A DNA stretch of 61,736 nucleotides, filler included, from Globobulimina sp. (Eukaryota): NCBI GenBank assembly GCA_003354225.1. It is 18 parts of 18 records of this genome, joined end to end, with 100 filler letters (N's around TTAATTAATTAA, not from the genome) between each part and the next. Parts side by side here need not be neighbours in the genome. Positions count along the whole stretch, not along the records: positions 58,405 to 61,736 come from PIVH01003053.1; 17 more parts are not named here. One strand, 5' to 3'. The notes below the pieces were generated by a model. That model was given only the letters and a program-made list of their open reading frames with translations, did no database searches and was not told the DNA's origin. A program made the position numbers and the translations under genes. Below are positions 60,162 through 61,736 of this stretch, piece after piece. Position 1 is the first letter of the stretch. The number at the start of each line of letters is the position of its first letter.

Positions 60162-61736
60162 TCATTTTTGTGTCATTGTACAATCCGCATCATCCTCATC
60201 ATCAGTAATGGAAGTTCTTACTTTTGTATTTCGACCTTTTGTATCATCCGCATTAGAGTTTTGAATTTCGGGCTTTTGCATTGATGTTTTTTTTTTAACA
60301 TCAACATAATCCGCTTGCAATCCAGTGGAGGAAGCATCACTTGCAACGTCCATATCGTCCACATCGTCCACATCAAAAAAATTCACATGTACTGGCGTCT
60401 CATTTTTATTTTTATCCACATCCACTTTTTTCCGCATATTATCATTACTTTTATTAAAATTTTCTTTTTTCTCCTGCAGCGAACTAACATTAAGATACTT
60501 TTTTTTCTTTTCCAACCCGCTATGTGCGATTAACTGCCATTTAGTGGACGTTGTTCCATGATTGATTTGCCTCACAATATACTGAAACACCGACATAATA
60601 CTATTCGGATTATGTTGATACGCATTCCTTCGATATTGCGCATAATCACATAAATATCTCCACAGCATACCCACAGTGATATTATTCTTCGCCACAATCT
60701 CAATAAACGACGCAATATATTTACATCCTTTATCGCCAAACGCAAAATACTTAATTTTCCTCCCCGCCATACTGGCCGCCATCCATTGTATGATACATTT
60801 CAATTCAATGTCACCTCCAAACACGCCACAGCCCCAATTACCAGTGGCAATCCATAATTTCTTGTCATTCTCCAAACTTTCATCCAAATGCGTCTCCGCC
60901 GTCGGTATTGAAAAACCAGTGTAACATTTCAATAACTCCCGTTTCATTTTATTTTCCTTATACTGTTGCCACAATTGATTATGATAAAACTTCTCCGCAT
61001 CGATCGCGACGATGCAATTTCTATGTTTATAATACTTCCCATATTCCTTAGTTCGGGTTTGGTCGTTATAATTCCCATTGAATTCAAACGAGGATCCATA
61101 GCCTTTATACTTTGCAAACTGCTTAGTCCCCACCACAGCGATGGCTTCATTTGATTTCATGCATTGACACAATAACAACGAGACCAAACATTCTGTATTT
61201 ATCAAAAATCGAATCTCTTCCTGAACGCAACCGGAACCTAACACGCCTCCACCAATATATTTATTGGCAAAGTCAATCTGTAGACAGTTATCACACTCTT
61301 CGATGCTGCCCGATAACTTAAACTCGAATCGGCATAATGGGGTCACATTATTCTTTAAATGCTCGTTGCGCAGTGCAGTATATTCGTGTTGTTGGGGTAG
61401 ATGCCGGTAAATGGAGAGGGTGCGGACTTTCGATGTTGAGGAGTTGGTATTATTTTTCTTATTTCGATTGGTGGTGGCTAGGATGTAGAAATAATGTAAT
61501 ATACATTTTAATTTCTCGAAATAGACAGATTCTAAATATCCAAATAGATTCGTGATGTCAAAGCGAGGGAAATAGCTACCTTTTCTTTCCCAGGTATTTA
61601 AACCAAAAAATGACATGGCCAGTAATGAGCATACTTGATCTTCGGTCAATTCCACACCTTACTCCTTGCCACATTTGGGATACTTACAGGTGATTCATCG
61701 GCTGACTGTGGGACGAAAACAGGCTTCCAAAACTGC
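60162..61736 (-). CDS. PARG: Poly(ADP-ribose) glycohydrolase, 5' partial
   Basis: QIDFANKYIGGGVLGSGCVQEEIRF signature and ATGNWGCGVFGGD. Confidence 0.95.

Noticed and set aside
25982..61736. ART domain plus PARG as a linked writer/eraser system (likewise PYROXD1 plus the kinase fusion as an RNA repair cluster)
   Set aside because: The genes are on different contigs placed together only by length, so there is no linkage evidence.
1..61736. Alternative genetic code (stop-codon reassignment)
   Set aside because: Conserved genes end at TAA, TAG or TGA, and ORF breaks are explained by introns or frameshifts, not in-frame stops at conserved positions.
1..61736. rRNA, tRNA or CRISPR arrays
   Set aside because: None recognised by eye; a tRNAscan/Infernal run would be needed to exclude small RNAs.

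Overview
This window is not one locus. It is 18 unrelated contigs of 3332-3339 bp, sorted by decreasing length and joined by artificial 100-nt spacers (44 N + TTAATTAATTAA + 44 N), so gene neighbourhood across a spacer means nothing. Most contigs come from an AT-rich, gene-dense eukaryote using the standard code with short (mostly 54-140 nt) GT-AG introns. The gene families and style suggest a protist, possibly a foraminiferan/rhizarian, but that is inference only. Recognisable genes are RMI1, DDX54, GCN1 (N-terminal part), PYROXD1, PSME4/Blm10, VPS13B-like, PARG, JMJD8-like, DDX11 (fragment), a CD36 receptor, a P4-ATPase, a TKL kinase, an FtsX-like permease, two Pmp-like beta-helix surface proteins, an RBR-type E3 and a NEURL4-like ADP-ribosyltransferase domain. 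Three contigs are retroelement-related: a Ty3/Gypsy gag-pol, a pol-less BEL/Pao element read across a single LTR, and an intron-containing DIRS/Ngaro-like Gag. At least three contigs are chimeric with bacterial DNA (tyrosine integrase, M42 peptidase, McrB-N), as expected from whole-genome amplification. The best novelty candidates are a degenerate m5U RNA methyltransferase domain fused to a polynucleotide-kinase-like domain, the pol-less BEL/Pao element, the spliced Gag-like gene, a FYVE-like finger inserted inside an IBR domain, a GTT splice-donor bias, and a C-to-G skew gradient along genes. All family calls are from motif recognition by eye; no searches were run.
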